This document shows, in pieces, positions 52,671 through 61,831 of a stretch of DNA of 64,000 nt; the stretch's first letter is position 1; each line of letters begins with the position of its first letter. Origin of the DNA: Oceanotoga teriensis (GTDB taxonomy: Bacteria; Thermotogota; Thermotogae; Petrotogales; Petrotogaceae). Made by a program: the position numbers and the translations under genes. The notes beneath the pieces were generated by a model. It did no database searches. It saw only the letters and a program-made list of their open reading frames with translations, and was not told where the DNA came from. Where the stretch lies: the NCBI RefSeq assembly GCF_003148465.1, contig NZ_QGGI01000003.1:91940-155939 (forward strand), read 5' to 3'.

Positions 52671-53318
52671 ATGGGATTTTTTAAATCATTAGCTACTATG
52701 CAGGGATTAATATCTTTGATAATAGTTGTTTTGATTTGTTTGGGAGTTTATATTTTTGCAAAAAGTAAAGGAAAAAAAGCTTCTATAAGTACAAAAGATG
52801 TTGTTGCTATTGGGATAGGAGCGGCTTTATTTGCAGCTGTGTCTTTTTTATCAATACCAATAGGACCTAATACATCTTTTAGAATTGCTATAGCATTATT
52901 AGTTATATTTGGTGCAATATATGGACCAATAGTTGGTTTTCTTGTAGGATTTATAGGTCATGCTTTAAATGATGCACTTATGTATGGTTCGGTTTGGTGG
53001 AGTTGGGTTTTTATGTCAGCAATGATAGGATTATTTGCAGGATTTATATTCTTAAATAAATCTTTTAGTGTTAAAACAGGCCAAATTAATAAATCACATA
53101 TAATTAAAATGTATTTATATTCAATTTTTGGAATATTAGCTGGAAGTGTAGTTTCTTATTTGGGAGATGTTTTCTTGTATGGTGAACCAGCTGATAAAGT
53201 ATGGCTTCAAATAATTTTAGCAAATATTTCTAACTTTGTTGTTATCGCAGTGGTTGGAATTCCTGCTATAATTGCTTTGGCAAAAAGAAATTCAAAAGGA
53301 AGTTTGGAAAAAGAATAA
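52671..53318 (+). CDS. ECF transporter S component (substrate unknown)
   Basis: 215 aa, 6 TM; immediately upstream of a dedicated fused EcfAA' and EcfT. Confidence 0.6.
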   Translation: MGFFKSLATMQGLISLIIVVLICLGVYIFAKSKGKKASISTKDVVAIGIGAALFAAVSFLSIPIGPNTSFRIAIALLVIFGAIYGPIVGFLVGFIGHALNDALMYGSVWWSWVFMSAMIGLFAGFIFLNKSFSVKTGQINKSHIIKMYLYSIFGILAGSVVSYLGDVFLYGEPADKVWLQIILANISNFVVIAVVGIPAIIALAKRNSKGSLEKE

Positions 53319-53333
53319 TCGGAGGTTTTTTAA

Positions 53334-55034
53334 TTGGAAATTATAAAATTTGAAAATTTTTATTTCCAGTATCTGGGAGTTAAAGAAAATACTTTAAAAA
53401 ATATAAATTTAATTATAGAAAAAGGTGAAAAAGTTTTAATTGCCGGACCTAGCGGATCCGGCAAATCCACTTTAGCACATTGTATAAATGGCTTAATTCC
53501 TTTTTCTTATAAAGGAAATATCAAAGGTAATTTAAAGATAAAAGATATAATTCCTCATAAAGAAAGTATATTCAAAATAAGTGAATATGTTGGAACCATA
53601 TTACAAGATCAAGATGCACAATTTGTTGGTTTAAGTGTTGGAGAAGATGTAGCTTTTACTTATGAAAACAATAAAGTTGAACAAAATGAAATGCTTGAAT
53701 CTGTTAAAAAAGCTCTTTTATCTGTAGATATGATAAATTTTATAAATGAAACTCCTCATAATTTAAGCGGAGGTCAAAAACAAAGAGTATCAATGGCAGG
53801 AATACTTGCATCTGATTCAGAGATTTTATTATTTGATGAACCTCTTGCAAATTTAGATCCAGCCAGTGGCAAAAGAGCCATGGAAATAATAAATGAAATA
53901 CATGAAAAAACTTCAAAAACTATAATTATAATAGAACATAGAATAGAAGATGTTTTGGAATATAATATTGATAGAATGATTGTTATGAATAATGGTGAGA
54001 TAGTTGCAAATGATACACCAGATAATCTATTATCTGGAGATTTTATTATATCTAATGGTTTAAGAGAACCATTGTATGTTGAAGCTATAAAAAAATTAGG
54101 AATAAATATAAAAAAAGAAGATCAAATAAGTGATATCAAAAATACTATTAAGTATAAAGAAATTTTAAATAATATTAAATATAATGAAAAAAATATTGAT
54201 AATATAAATGAATCAGAAACTTTAATAAAATTTAAAAATGTATATTTTAAATATTTTGATGATTCTCCTTATACAATAAAAAATATAAATTTTGAATTAA
54301 AAAAAGGTGAAATACTATCTGTTTTGGGCAATAATGGATCTGGAAAATCTACAATGATGAAAGTTTTAACAGGAATATTAAAACATCAAAAAGGAGATAT
54401 ATATTATAAAGAAGAAAATATAAATAAATGGACTATTAGAGAAAGAGCAATGAAAATAGGATATGTTATGCAAAATCCAAATCATATGATAACTCAAACT
54501 CAAATATTCGATGAAATAGCATTCGGTCTTAGAAATTTTAAAGAAAATGAAAAAAATATAAAAGAAAAGGTATATGATATTTTAAAAGTATGTGGTTTAC
54601 ATGAATATAGAAATTGGCCTGTATCTGCTTTAAGTTATGGACAGAAGAAAAGATTAACGATAGCTTCTATATTAGTTATGAATCCTGAAATTATTATATT
54701 AGATGAACCAACCGCTGGTCAAGATTATAAAAATTATCGTGATTTTATGAGTTTTATTAATGAATTGAAAATGTCAGAAAAAAGCATAATAATAATAACA
54801 CATGATATGCACCTCGCCCTTGAATATTCTGATAGATCTCTTGTTTTATGTGAAGGTGAAATTTTAAAAGAAGATACGGTATATAATATATTATCAAATG
54901 AAGAAATAATTGAAAAATCAAATTTAAAAGAAACATCTTTAACTAAACTTGCAAAAATATGTGGTATAAAAAATTCGAAAAACTTTATAAATTCTTTTAT
55001 ATCAAGAGATTTAAGTGGTGATTTAAATGAATAG
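53334..55034 (+). CDS. ECF transporter fused duplicated ATPase (EcfA-EcfA', YkoD-like)
   Basis: two complete ABC cassettes (Walker A GPSGSGKST and GNNGSGKST; LSGGQ and LSYGQ signatures). Confidence 0.8.
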   Translation: MEIIKFENFYFQYLGVKENTLKNINLIIEKGEKVLIAGPSGSGKSTLAHCINGLIPFSYKGNIKGNLKIKDIIPHKESIFKISEYVGTILQDQDAQFVGLSVGEDVAFTYENNKVEQNEMLESVKKALLSVDMINFINETPHNLSGGQKQRVSMAGILASDSEILLFDEPLANLDPASGKRAMEIINEIHEKTSKTIIIIEHRIEDVLEYNIDRMIVMNNGEIVANDTPDNLLSGDFIISNGLREPLYVEAIKKLGINIKKEDQISDIKNTIKYKEILNNIKYNEKNIDNINESETLIKFKNVYFKYFDDSPYTIKNINFELKKGEILSVLGNNGSGKSTMMKVLTGILKHQKGDIYYKEENINKWTIRERAMKIGYVMQNPNHMITQTQIFDEIAFGLRNFKENEKNIKEKVYDILKVCGLHEYRNWPVSALSYGQKKRLTIASILVMNPEIIILDEPTAGQDYKNYRDFMSFINELKMSEKSIIIITHDMHLALEYSDRSLVLCEGEILKEDTVYNILSNEEIIEKSNLKETSLTKLAKICGIKNSKNFINSFISRDLSGDLNE

Positions 55035-55854
55035 AACCGGATCTTTATATATAGAAAAAACTTCTTTTATACATAATTTAAATGGTGCTGTAAAACTTTT
55101 GCTCTTAATATGTTGGACTGTTTTTATATTTTTATTTATGGACTTAAGAGTCTTTTTGAGTATGATAATTATAGGGTTTATATTATTAAAAATGGCACAA
55201 ATACCTTTTAAAAAGATAAAAACTTTAATTTGGTTTGTTGTTATTTTTACTATATTTAATTCTATATTTCTCTTACTTATAACTCCAGAGTACGGGTCTG
55301 AACTTGCTGGTACTTATAGTACTTTTTTTGAAATTGGAAATTTAAATATAACTTATGAAACTCTATTTTTTTCTTTAACTTTATCTTTAAAATATTTGTC
55401 TATATTACCAATTACATTACTTTTTCTTTTTACAACTCATCCAAGCGAATTTGCAAGTAGCTTAAATAAAATAGGAATACCATATAAAGTAGCTTATGCA
55501 GTTAATATAGCTTTAAGATATATACCGGATGTAACAGATGAAATGAAAAATATAATAAATGCTCAAGAAGCAAGAGGTGTTTGTTTTAATAAAAAAGATG
55601 CGGGGATATTCAAAAGATTAAAAAATTATGTCACTATTTTAATACCTCTTTTAATATCTTCATTAAACAGAGTTGAAATTGTTTCGAATGCTATGGATTT
55701 AAGGGGGTTTGGAAGATATAAAAAAAGAACTTGGTATCATCAAAAAACTTTTTCGATCATAGACTTTTTATTTTTAATGATATCTTTTGGCATGATAATA
55801 GTTGGAATATACTTGAAAAATACATTATTAAAAAATTTTTGGTATCCTTTTTGA
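55027..55854 (+). CDS. ECF transporter T component (EcfT/CbiQ family)
   Basis: two ARG coupling motifs (AQEARGV, AMDLRGF). Confidence 0.75.
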   Translation: MNRTGSLYIEKTSFIHNLNGAVKLLLLICWTVFIFLFMDLRVFLSMIIIGFILLKMAQIPFKKIKTLIWFVVIFTIFNSIFLLLITPEYGSELAGTYSTFFEIGNLNITYETLFFSLTLSLKYLSILPITLLFLFTTHPSEFASSLNKIGIPYKVAYAVNIALRYIPDVTDEMKNIINAQEARGVCFNKKDAGIFKRLKNYVTILIPLLISSLNRVEIVSNAMDLRGFGRYKKRTWYHQKTFSIIDFLFLMISFGMIIVGIYLKNTLLKNFWYPF

Positions 55855-55981
55855 TTTTAAGGTTATTTTAAATTAAATTTTATTAAAATCTAAGCTTTAT
55901 TTTAGAATAATTTAAGCCTTCGTAAATAAAATATAATTATGTTTTTAACTTATATTTTATTATTTTATGGAGGTGTTTACT

Positions 55982-56410
55982 ATGAAAAAAACAGTTACAA
56001 CTTTTTTATGCCTTATGTCTTTAGGAATGTTGATTTTTGCAGGTACTTTTAGTACTAAAAATGATCCATTAGAAGAATCACCAAAAGATTTTGAGTTTGA
56101 TTATCAAATGAACTCAGAATTGCAAGCAACAAAAAATGAGAATGGAGAGTTTGAATTTGAAGGGAAAATCTTGAGTATTTCTGAAAAACCAAATGAATTG
56201 GGTTATTATGAATTAGTTTTAGAATATATAGTATCGACTAATGAAGAAAATAACCCTACAGAAAAAATAGCTGTAGTTTTGAATGATTTTGGGAATAATA
56301 TAAAAGATTTAGTTTCAGAACAGAGAATACATGTGATTGCTTATGAAAAAGAGCAAGATGAGAAAAAAATTTTAATTTTAAAAGAAATAAGTATAATTGA
56401 AGAAGAATAA
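55982..56410 (+). CDS. hypothetical secreted or lipoprotein
   Basis: signal peptide MKKTVTTFLCLMSLGMLIFAG; acidic mature part. Confidence 0.35.
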   Translation: MKKTVTTFLCLMSLGMLIFAGTFSTKNDPLEESPKDFEFDYQMNSELQATKNENGEFEFEGKILSISEKPNELGYYELVLEYIVSTNEENNPTEKIAVVLNDFGNNIKDLVSEQRIHVIAYEKEQDEKKILILKEISIIEEE

Positions 56411-56422
56411 ATAAAAAAATGG

Positions 56423-56448
56423 AGCGGGTAATAATATACTCGCTCCAA
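56423..56448. terminator. bidirectional hairpin; on the minus strand it is followed by a U-run and terminates tRNA-Glu
   Basis: GGAGCGGGUAAUAAUAUACUCGCUCC. Confidence 0.6.
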
Positions 56449-56471
56449 ACAAACACTTATTTGTATGTTTT

Positions 56472-56546
56472 ATGGCAGCCCCACGGGGAATCGAACCCCG
56501 ACTCTCGGACTGAGAATCCGATGGACTGGCCGTTATCCTATGGGGC
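56472..56546 (-). tRNA. tRNA-Glu (anticodon CUC), CCA encoded
   Basis: manual cloverleaf: acceptor GGCCCCA/UGGGGCU, anticodon stem UCGGA/UCCGA, loop UUCUCAG, T-arm CGGGG-UUCGAUU-CCCCG, discriminator G, CCA. Confidence 0.8.
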
Positions 56547-56622
56547 CATAACAAGAGATATTATACCATTCTTTTTTAGTTTTGTAAATACTTTTTTTGA
56601 AAACTTTATGCAAAAATAATAT

Positions 56623-56651
56623 TTGACATATAAATTTTATTTTGATATAAT
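56623..56651 (+). promoter_or_regulatory. perfect sigma70 consensus promoter (TTGACA, 17-nt spacer, TATAAT)
   Basis: exact hexamers with a 17-nt spacer, about 45 nt upstream of the leader-peptide start. Confidence 0.6.
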
Positions 56652-56698
56652 GGTTTTAATTCAAAAAAGTCAATTATTCTTAATTAAAGGTGATTAAT

Positions 56699-56794
56699 AT
56701 GAAAAAACTTTCAATTTCAATAAATAACTTTTTAATTCAACAATTAAATAATAATAATAATAATAATATGAACAGCGTCGGGATTTTACGCTGA
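56699..56794 (+). CDS. candidate leader peptide MKKLSISINNFLIQQLNNNNNNNMNSVGILR (10 Asn of 31 residues, 7 consecutive AAU codons)
   Basis: AAAGGTGA RBS 7 nt before the ATG; ORF ends 19 nt before a strong terminator and 72 nt before asnA. Confidence 0.55.
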   Translation: MKKLSISINNFLIQQLNNNNNNNMNSVGILR

Positions 56795-56812
56795 TTTTTT
56801 GCGTATAAAAAT

Positions 56813-56843
56813 TAACCGACGCTTATTAGCGTCGGTTTTTTTT
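56813..56843 (+). terminator. attenuator terminator upstream of asnA
   Basis: AACCGACGC-UUAUUA-GCGUCGGUU followed by U7; the 5' arm is also complementary to AGCGUCGG (56773-56780) inside the leader ORF. Confidence 0.65.
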
Positions 56844-56865
56844 TATTAAATTAGGAGGGAAAATT

Positions 56866-57819
56866 ATGAAAAGATTAGAAGAGAGAGTTGTAGATACTAT
56901 TGATTTGGTTGATACTTATATCAGTGATGAATTTTATTCTGATTTATTAACTATTCAATCTGTAATATTGAGGAAAACAAGAGATGTAATGTATTCTAAA
57001 GGATTTACAGAAATTCTTCCTGTAATAATATCCCCAATAACAGATCCATTAAATCATGAAATTTTTGATGCGAGTATAGAATATTATGATCAAAAATATT
57101 CTATAACGAAATCTATGATTCTTCATAAGCAAGTTAGTACACTTGTACATAAAAAGATATTCTGTATGTCTCCAAATATAAGACTTGAAATTGAAGATAA
57201 ATATGAAAGTGGAAGGCATCTTTATGAATTTGTACAACTTGATATGGAAGTTAGAGAAGCTAAGAGAGAAGATATTATGGATATAATGGAGGATTTGATA
57301 ATTGAAACAATAGATTATATAAAATGTAACTATTCAAATCTTATCAAGAAGTATAATGAAACTTTAGAAGTACCAAAAAAGAATTTTAAAAAAATAAAAG
57401 TAAAAGAAGCTTTAAAAAAATATGGTAAAGATTATGAAAAAATTCTTTCAGAAAAAGAAGGAGCTCCTTTTTGGCTTATAGATTTACCTTTATTAGATAG
57501 AGAATTTTATGATAAACAAAACAAAAAAGATCCAGAATATCTTTTAGATTTTGATTTAATATATCCAAAAGGATTTGGTGAAGCAATCTCTGGAGGAGAG
57601 AGAGAACATGAATATAAACAAATATTAAGTAGAATGAGATTAAAAGGTAATTCAGAAAAAAGTTTTGAAGAATATTTAAAAATCGCAAAAAAAGGACTTC
57701 TAAAAGAATCTGCTGGATGTGGTCTTGGCATAGAGAGATTTACAAGGTATATTTTAGGACTAAAACATGTTGAAAAAGCAAGAATGTTTGCCAAGGCACC
57801 GGGGAAAATATCTATATAA
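56866..57819 (+). CDS. asnA: aspartate--ammonia ligase, archaeal-type asparagine synthetase A (AsnRS-core paralog)
   Basis: close motif-by-motif match to the Pyrococcus AsnA pattern (LSPITDPL, SMILHKQ, SPNIRLE, GRHxYEFxQLD, PFWLIDxPxxxREFYD, SGGEREHEY, SAGxGLGIERF). Confidence 0.8.
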   Translation: MKRLEERVVDTIDLVDTYISDEFYSDLLTIQSVILRKTRDVMYSKGFTEILPVIISPITDPLNHEIFDASIEYYDQKYSITKSMILHKQVSTLVHKKIFCMSPNIRLEIEDKYESGRHLYEFVQLDMEVREAKREDIMDIMEDLIIETIDYIKCNYSNLIKKYNETLEVPKKNFKKIKVKEALKKYGKDYEKILSEKEGAPFWLIDLPLLDREFYDKQNKKDPEYLLDFDLIYPKGFGEAISGGEREHEYKQILSRMRLKGNSEKSFEEYLKIAKKGLLKESAGCGLGIERFTRYILGLKHVEKARMFAKAPGKISI

Positions 57820-57832
57820 AGGATGGTGAAGC

Positions 57833-59158
57833 ATGGAGAAAGAACAACTTTTAGAATATGTTAAAAGTCAAGGTATAAAATTTATAAGACTTCAGGTTAC
57901 AGATATTAATGGAATGCTAAAAAACGTTGAAGTTCCTTCTTCAAGACTTGAACAAGTTATAAAAGATGGAACTATGTTTGATGGTTCTTCTATAGAGGGA
58001 TTAGCAAGGATAGATGAATCTGATATGATATTAAAACCTGATTTAAATACTTTTACTATTTTACCTTGGACAGTTGAAAGGGGAAAAGTTGGAAGACTTA
58101 TATGTGATGTTTATACTACTACTGGTAAACCTTTTGAAGGGGATTCAAGATATATATTGAAAAAAGTTGTCAAAAAACTTGAAGAAAAAGGTTATACAGG
58201 ATATTGTGGGCCTGAACCCGAATTTTTTCTTTTACCAAAAGACGAAAAAAACAAGCAAATTAAACTTGAATTTTTGGATGAAGGAGGATATTTTGATCTT
58301 TTACCAGTAGATCTTGGTGAAGAAACAAGAAAATCAATAGTGAATGCTTTACAAGTTATGGGATTAAAAGTAGAAGCTTCTCATCATGAAGTAGCACCAT
58401 CACAACATGAGATTGATTTTCAATATGATGATCTTATAAGTACAGCAGATAACATACAAACTTTTAAACTTGTTGTTAAAACGATGGCTCTTATAAGAGG
58501 GTTACACGCTACATTTATGCCTAAACCATTTCCTATGGTGAATGGTTCTGGAATGCATGCAAATACAAGTTTATTTAAAGAAGATAAAAATATTTTCTTC
58601 AATAAAGATGGAGATTATCAACTTTCACAGGAATTGAGGTATTTTGTTGGAGGTGTAATAAAACATATACCAGCTATTACCGCAATTGCAAATCCTACTA
58701 TAAATTCTTATAAGAGATTAATACCAGGATATGAAGCACCTGTTAATGTAGCATGGTCTGTTTCGAATAGAAGTGCTTTAATAAGAGTTCCCGCAGCAAG
58801 AGGTAAAGGAACAAGAGCAGAATTAAGAAGTCCAGATCCAACTTCTAACCCATATCTTTTACTTGCTGTAATATTTGGATGTGGATTAAAAGGAATAGAA
58901 GAAAAAATAACTCCTCCAGATCCTGTTATTGAAGATATATACTCAATGGATAATAACAGAAAGATAGACCTGGGAATCGGCAAATTGCCAGGTTCTTTGA
59001 AGGAGTCATTAAATGAATTAAAAAGAGATAATTTTGTAAGAGAAATTATTGGTGAACATATATATAAGACTTTCATAAGTATTAAAGAAAAAGAAATCGA
59101 GTGTTTTAAAGTTCATGTTACCGATTGGGAAATAGACCAGTATTTGAAATTATATTAA
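57833..59158 (+). CDS. glnA: glutamine synthetase type I
   Basis: 441 aa; GS catalytic motifs (GPEPEFF, HHEVAPSQHE, NPYL). Confidence 0.9.
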   Translation: MEKEQLLEYVKSQGIKFIRLQVTDINGMLKNVEVPSSRLEQVIKDGTMFDGSSIEGLARIDESDMILKPDLNTFTILPWTVERGKVGRLICDVYTTTGKPFEGDSRYILKKVVKKLEEKGYTGYCGPEPEFFLLPKDEKNKQIKLEFLDEGGYFDLLPVDLGEETRKSIVNALQVMGLKVEASHHEVAPSQHEIDFQYDDLISTADNIQTFKLVVKTMALIRGLHATFMPKPFPMVNGSGMHANTSLFKEDKNIFFNKDGDYQLSQELRYFVGGVIKHIPAITAIANPTINSYKRLIPGYEAPVNVAWSVSNRSALIRVPAARGKGTRAELRSPDPTSNPYLLLAVIFGCGLKGIEEKITPPDPVIEDIYSMDNNRKIDLGIGKLPGSLKESLNELKRDNFVREIIGEHIYKTFISIKEKEIECFKVHVTDWEIDQYLKLY

Positions 59159-59162
59159 AAAT

Positions 59163-59197
59163 AAAGACATTTTGCAAATGCAAAATGTCTTTATTTT
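59163..59197 (+). terminator. terminator after glnA
   Basis: AAAGACAUUUUGCAAAUGCAAAAUGUCUUU followed by AUUUUUUU. Confidence 0.7.
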
Positions 59198-59514
59198 TTT
59201 AACTTATTTAAAGGGGAAGAGGTTTCTTTTGGTTCTTCTGCTATCAATTCTGGATTAAATAGTATATATATAAAAAAATCAAAATTCTTAATTATTTTTT
59301 TCATATTATTACCTCCTTTTAATGTTCATTTATATTTTAACAATTTTAATGTATTTTAGAAATTTAAAGTTATTACATTTAGAAATTAAAACTTACATGT
59401 ATGTAAGTTAAGGTAATTTATTATGTATTAATTCTAACAATATTTTTCTGTAATGAATATTAACAAATAGAGTGGTAAAATAATATTATAAGAATTATAT
59501 TTGGGAGGATTTTT

Positions 59515-60981
59515 ATGAATATAAAAAGAGCTATAATTTCAGTATATGATAAAACTGGATTAGAAAAACTTGCAAAATTTCTTAAAGCAAACGATGTTGA
59601 AATAATATCTACTGGTGGAACTGCTGAATATTTAAATAGTATAGGAATTTCTGTGACTAAAATGTCTGAATATACTGACTTTCCAGAAATATTGGGAGGC
59701 AGAGTTAAAAGTTTACATCCTAAATTATTTGGAGGAATTCTTGGAGAAGTTGGAAATAAAGAACATGAAGAACAATGTGATAATTTAGGTATAAAAAGAG
59801 TAGACCTTGTTGTAGTTAATTTATATCCATTTGATGAAATCGCTAAAAATACAACTATAGAAAAAGAACTTTTAAATTATATTGATATAGGTGGACTTGC
59901 AATGATAAGAGCTGCAGCAAAAAATTATAGAGATGTTGTACCTCTTGTTGATCCAGAAGATTATGAAGATATAATAGAATCTATTGAAGAATGTGGAGAT
60001 GTACCTTTACATAATAGAAGAAAATTATCTTTAAAAGCATTTTATACCACATCTAAATATGACTCAAATATTCATAAAGTGTTTAGTGAACTTTTTGCTT
60101 CTGAAAAATTTGATCATGAATTTTTTGAAATAGGTGGAATGTTGAGATATGGTTCTAATCCACTTCAAGAAGCTACACTCATGAAATTTTCAGGTGGAGA
60201 AAGTATTTTTGATCATATGGAAAATATGACAAAATTTAAATCTCCAACCCTTAGGATAATAAAAGATATAAAAAAATTATTCAAATTAGTTAGCAAAACG
60301 AATAGAGAAATAATAGCTTTTTCAAAGAAAGGAATTATTGTATTTGCTTATATAGATCCATCAGAAAAAGACTTGGAAGAATTTTTTAAACATATAAATA
60401 AATTGAGGGGTGGAGTATTATATACCGATAGTTTAGATATAATAAAAAAATTAAAAAACAATATGATAGATTGTATTTTAACTACGGCAGATATAAATCA
60501 AGAAGATCTTTTATCATACAAATCTATGGTATTCAAAATGGATAGATTTGATATGTCCTTTGATCAAGAATATATTATAGACGAAGATATAGTTATAAAA
60601 CAAGAATATAAAAATTTAATAATTGATTCAGACGATTATTCGAAATTAGCTTTTGAAATTGCTAAAATGCATAAATCAGATTCAATCGTATATTTAAAAG
60701 GAAATAGAATTTATTCTGGAAATCAAAGTTCATTAAATAGAATGATAGCTTTAAACACCTTAGAATACGTGTTAAATGCTTTTGATGAAAATTTAAATAC
60801 TGGAACTATGATTTTTGATTCACCAATTAATGATGAAAGAATAATAAAAAAATTAGAAGACTGGAATATTAATGAATTGATAGTTCCACCGCCATTACCT
60901 AAAGATAAACAATATTTAGAAACTTTAAAACAAAAAGGTTTTAAGATAATTGTAACGCCTAATAGATATCATAAGTATTGA
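59515..60981 (+). CDS. purH: bifunctional AICAR transformylase / IMP cyclohydrolase (short form)
   Basis: N-terminal MGS-like IMPCH domain (ISVYDKTGL, STGGTA, HPKLFGGIL); the LRYGSNPLQ motif corresponds to AICARFT LRYGENPHQ; the C-terminal part is divergent. Confidence 0.6.
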   Translation: MNIKRAIISVYDKTGLEKLAKFLKANDVEIISTGGTAEYLNSIGISVTKMSEYTDFPEILGGRVKSLHPKLFGGILGEVGNKEHEEQCDNLGIKRVDLVVVNLYPFDEIAKNTTIEKELLNYIDIGGLAMIRAAAKNYRDVVPLVDPEDYEDIIESIEECGDVPLHNRRKLSLKAFYTTSKYDSNIHKVFSELFASEKFDHEFFEIGGMLRYGSNPLQEATLMKFSGGESIFDHMENMTKFKSPTLRIIKDIKKLFKLVSKTNREIIAFSKKGIIVFAYIDPSEKDLEEFFKHINKLRGGVLYTDSLDIIKKLKNNMIDCILTTADINQEDLLSYKSMVFKMDRFDMSFDQEYIIDEDIVIKQEYKNLIIDSDDYSKLAFEIAKMHKSDSIVYLKGNRIYSGNQSSLNRMIALNTLEYVLNAFDENLNTGTMIFDSPINDERIIKKLEDWNINELIVPPPLPKDKQYLETLKQKGFKIIVTPNRYHKY

Positions 60982-61002
60982 TTTTTTTGATTTTTATGGT
61001 AT

Positions 61003-61114
61003 AATTCTTTTTGGGACTACACGTGGCTGGGTCCTGCGCAACGAAAACTAGTGAAACTGGTCAGGCCCGGAAGGGAGCAGCCATAAGCTTTGTCTTTTGT
61101 GTGCCGCAGGGAAG
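61003..61114 (+). ncRNA. ffs: signal recognition particle RNA (small bacterial SRP RNA / 4.5S)
   Basis: GC-rich island; conserved domain IV sequence GUCAGGCCCGGAAGGGAGCAGCC; terminal helix GUGGCUG/CAGCCAC; ends in a U-run. Confidence 0.75.
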
Positions 61115-61158
61115 CTCAGCCACCTTTTTTTATATATTTTATTATGAGGGGGAATAAA

Positions 61159-61818
61159 ATGAAAAAGAACTTAATGGTTTTATTAATTCTTACTATGACT
61201 ATTTTATCTTTTTCTAAAGTTTTTGGAGTTATAAATACTCCATTTTCTATAGGTGCGGGGTATGAAGATGAGAATAATTATTTGAAATTAACAAATAAAG
61301 ATTTTTCTTTTTCATATAAATATACTTTTTTTGATCAAATAAGACCTTTTTTAAGTTTGAATTTCGATTTTAATAATCCAGTTTTTAATAATAATTTAAA
61401 CGCTGGTGTAGATCTTATATATGAAGATTTTGATTTTGGAATAGGCTTATGGAATTCTTTTACAGAAGATGCCTCTGAAACTGGAAATAATAAATCAGGT
61501 TTTGCAGGTGCAAATGTCTTTTTTAATGGAGGCTTGGGAAACATAATATTTGGAGCTAATCTTACATATAGACTTATAGATATAATAAGAACTGATGAAG
61601 GACTTAATTATAATTTTCAAGCTTTTCCGGAAGATCTTGCACAATTAAGAGGCTTTAGTGGTTATATTGGATATGAAATATTTGAAACAAAAGAAGCGAT
61701 GATGAGATTTTATGTCAATTTTGCTGGAAAATATTCTATAGTTCCTGGTGGATTTGTTTTTTATAAATTTGATCAAGATTATAGTTTTAATTTAGAATTG
61801 TATTTAAATGCTTTTTGA
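61159..61818 (+). CDS. hypothetical secreted or outer-membrane protein
   Basis: signal peptide MKKNLMVLLILTMTILSFSKVFG; aromatic-rich, ends in F; the track ORF start at 61090 would overlap the SRP RNA. Confidence 0.4.
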   Translation: MKKNLMVLLILTMTILSFSKVFGVINTPFSIGAGYEDENNYLKLTNKDFSFSYKYTFFDQIRPFLSLNFDFNNPVFNNNLNAGVDLIYEDFDFGIGLWNSFTEDASETGNNKSGFAGANVFFNGGLGNIIFGANLTYRLIDIIRTDEGLNYNFQAFPEDLAQLRGFSGYIGYEIFETKEAMMRFYVNFAGKYSIVPGGFVFYKFDQDYSFNLELYLNAF

Positions 61819-61831
61819 TGGAGGTATTTCA

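Noticed and set aside
56747-56767. (AAT)7 tract as a slippage-prone microsatellite or phase-variation site
   Set aside because: It lies in frame inside a short ORF with an RBS and is followed by terminator and antiterminator complementarity. A regulatory leader-peptide reading explains it better than a contingency locus, and no neighbouring surface-protein gene is affected.
61090-61158. Track ORF start MSFVCRREAQPPFF... for the 61090-61818 ORF
   Set aside because: It overlaps the SRP RNA gene. The GC-rich codons are RNA structure, not coding sequence. A signal-peptide start at 61159 with an upstream RBS fits better.
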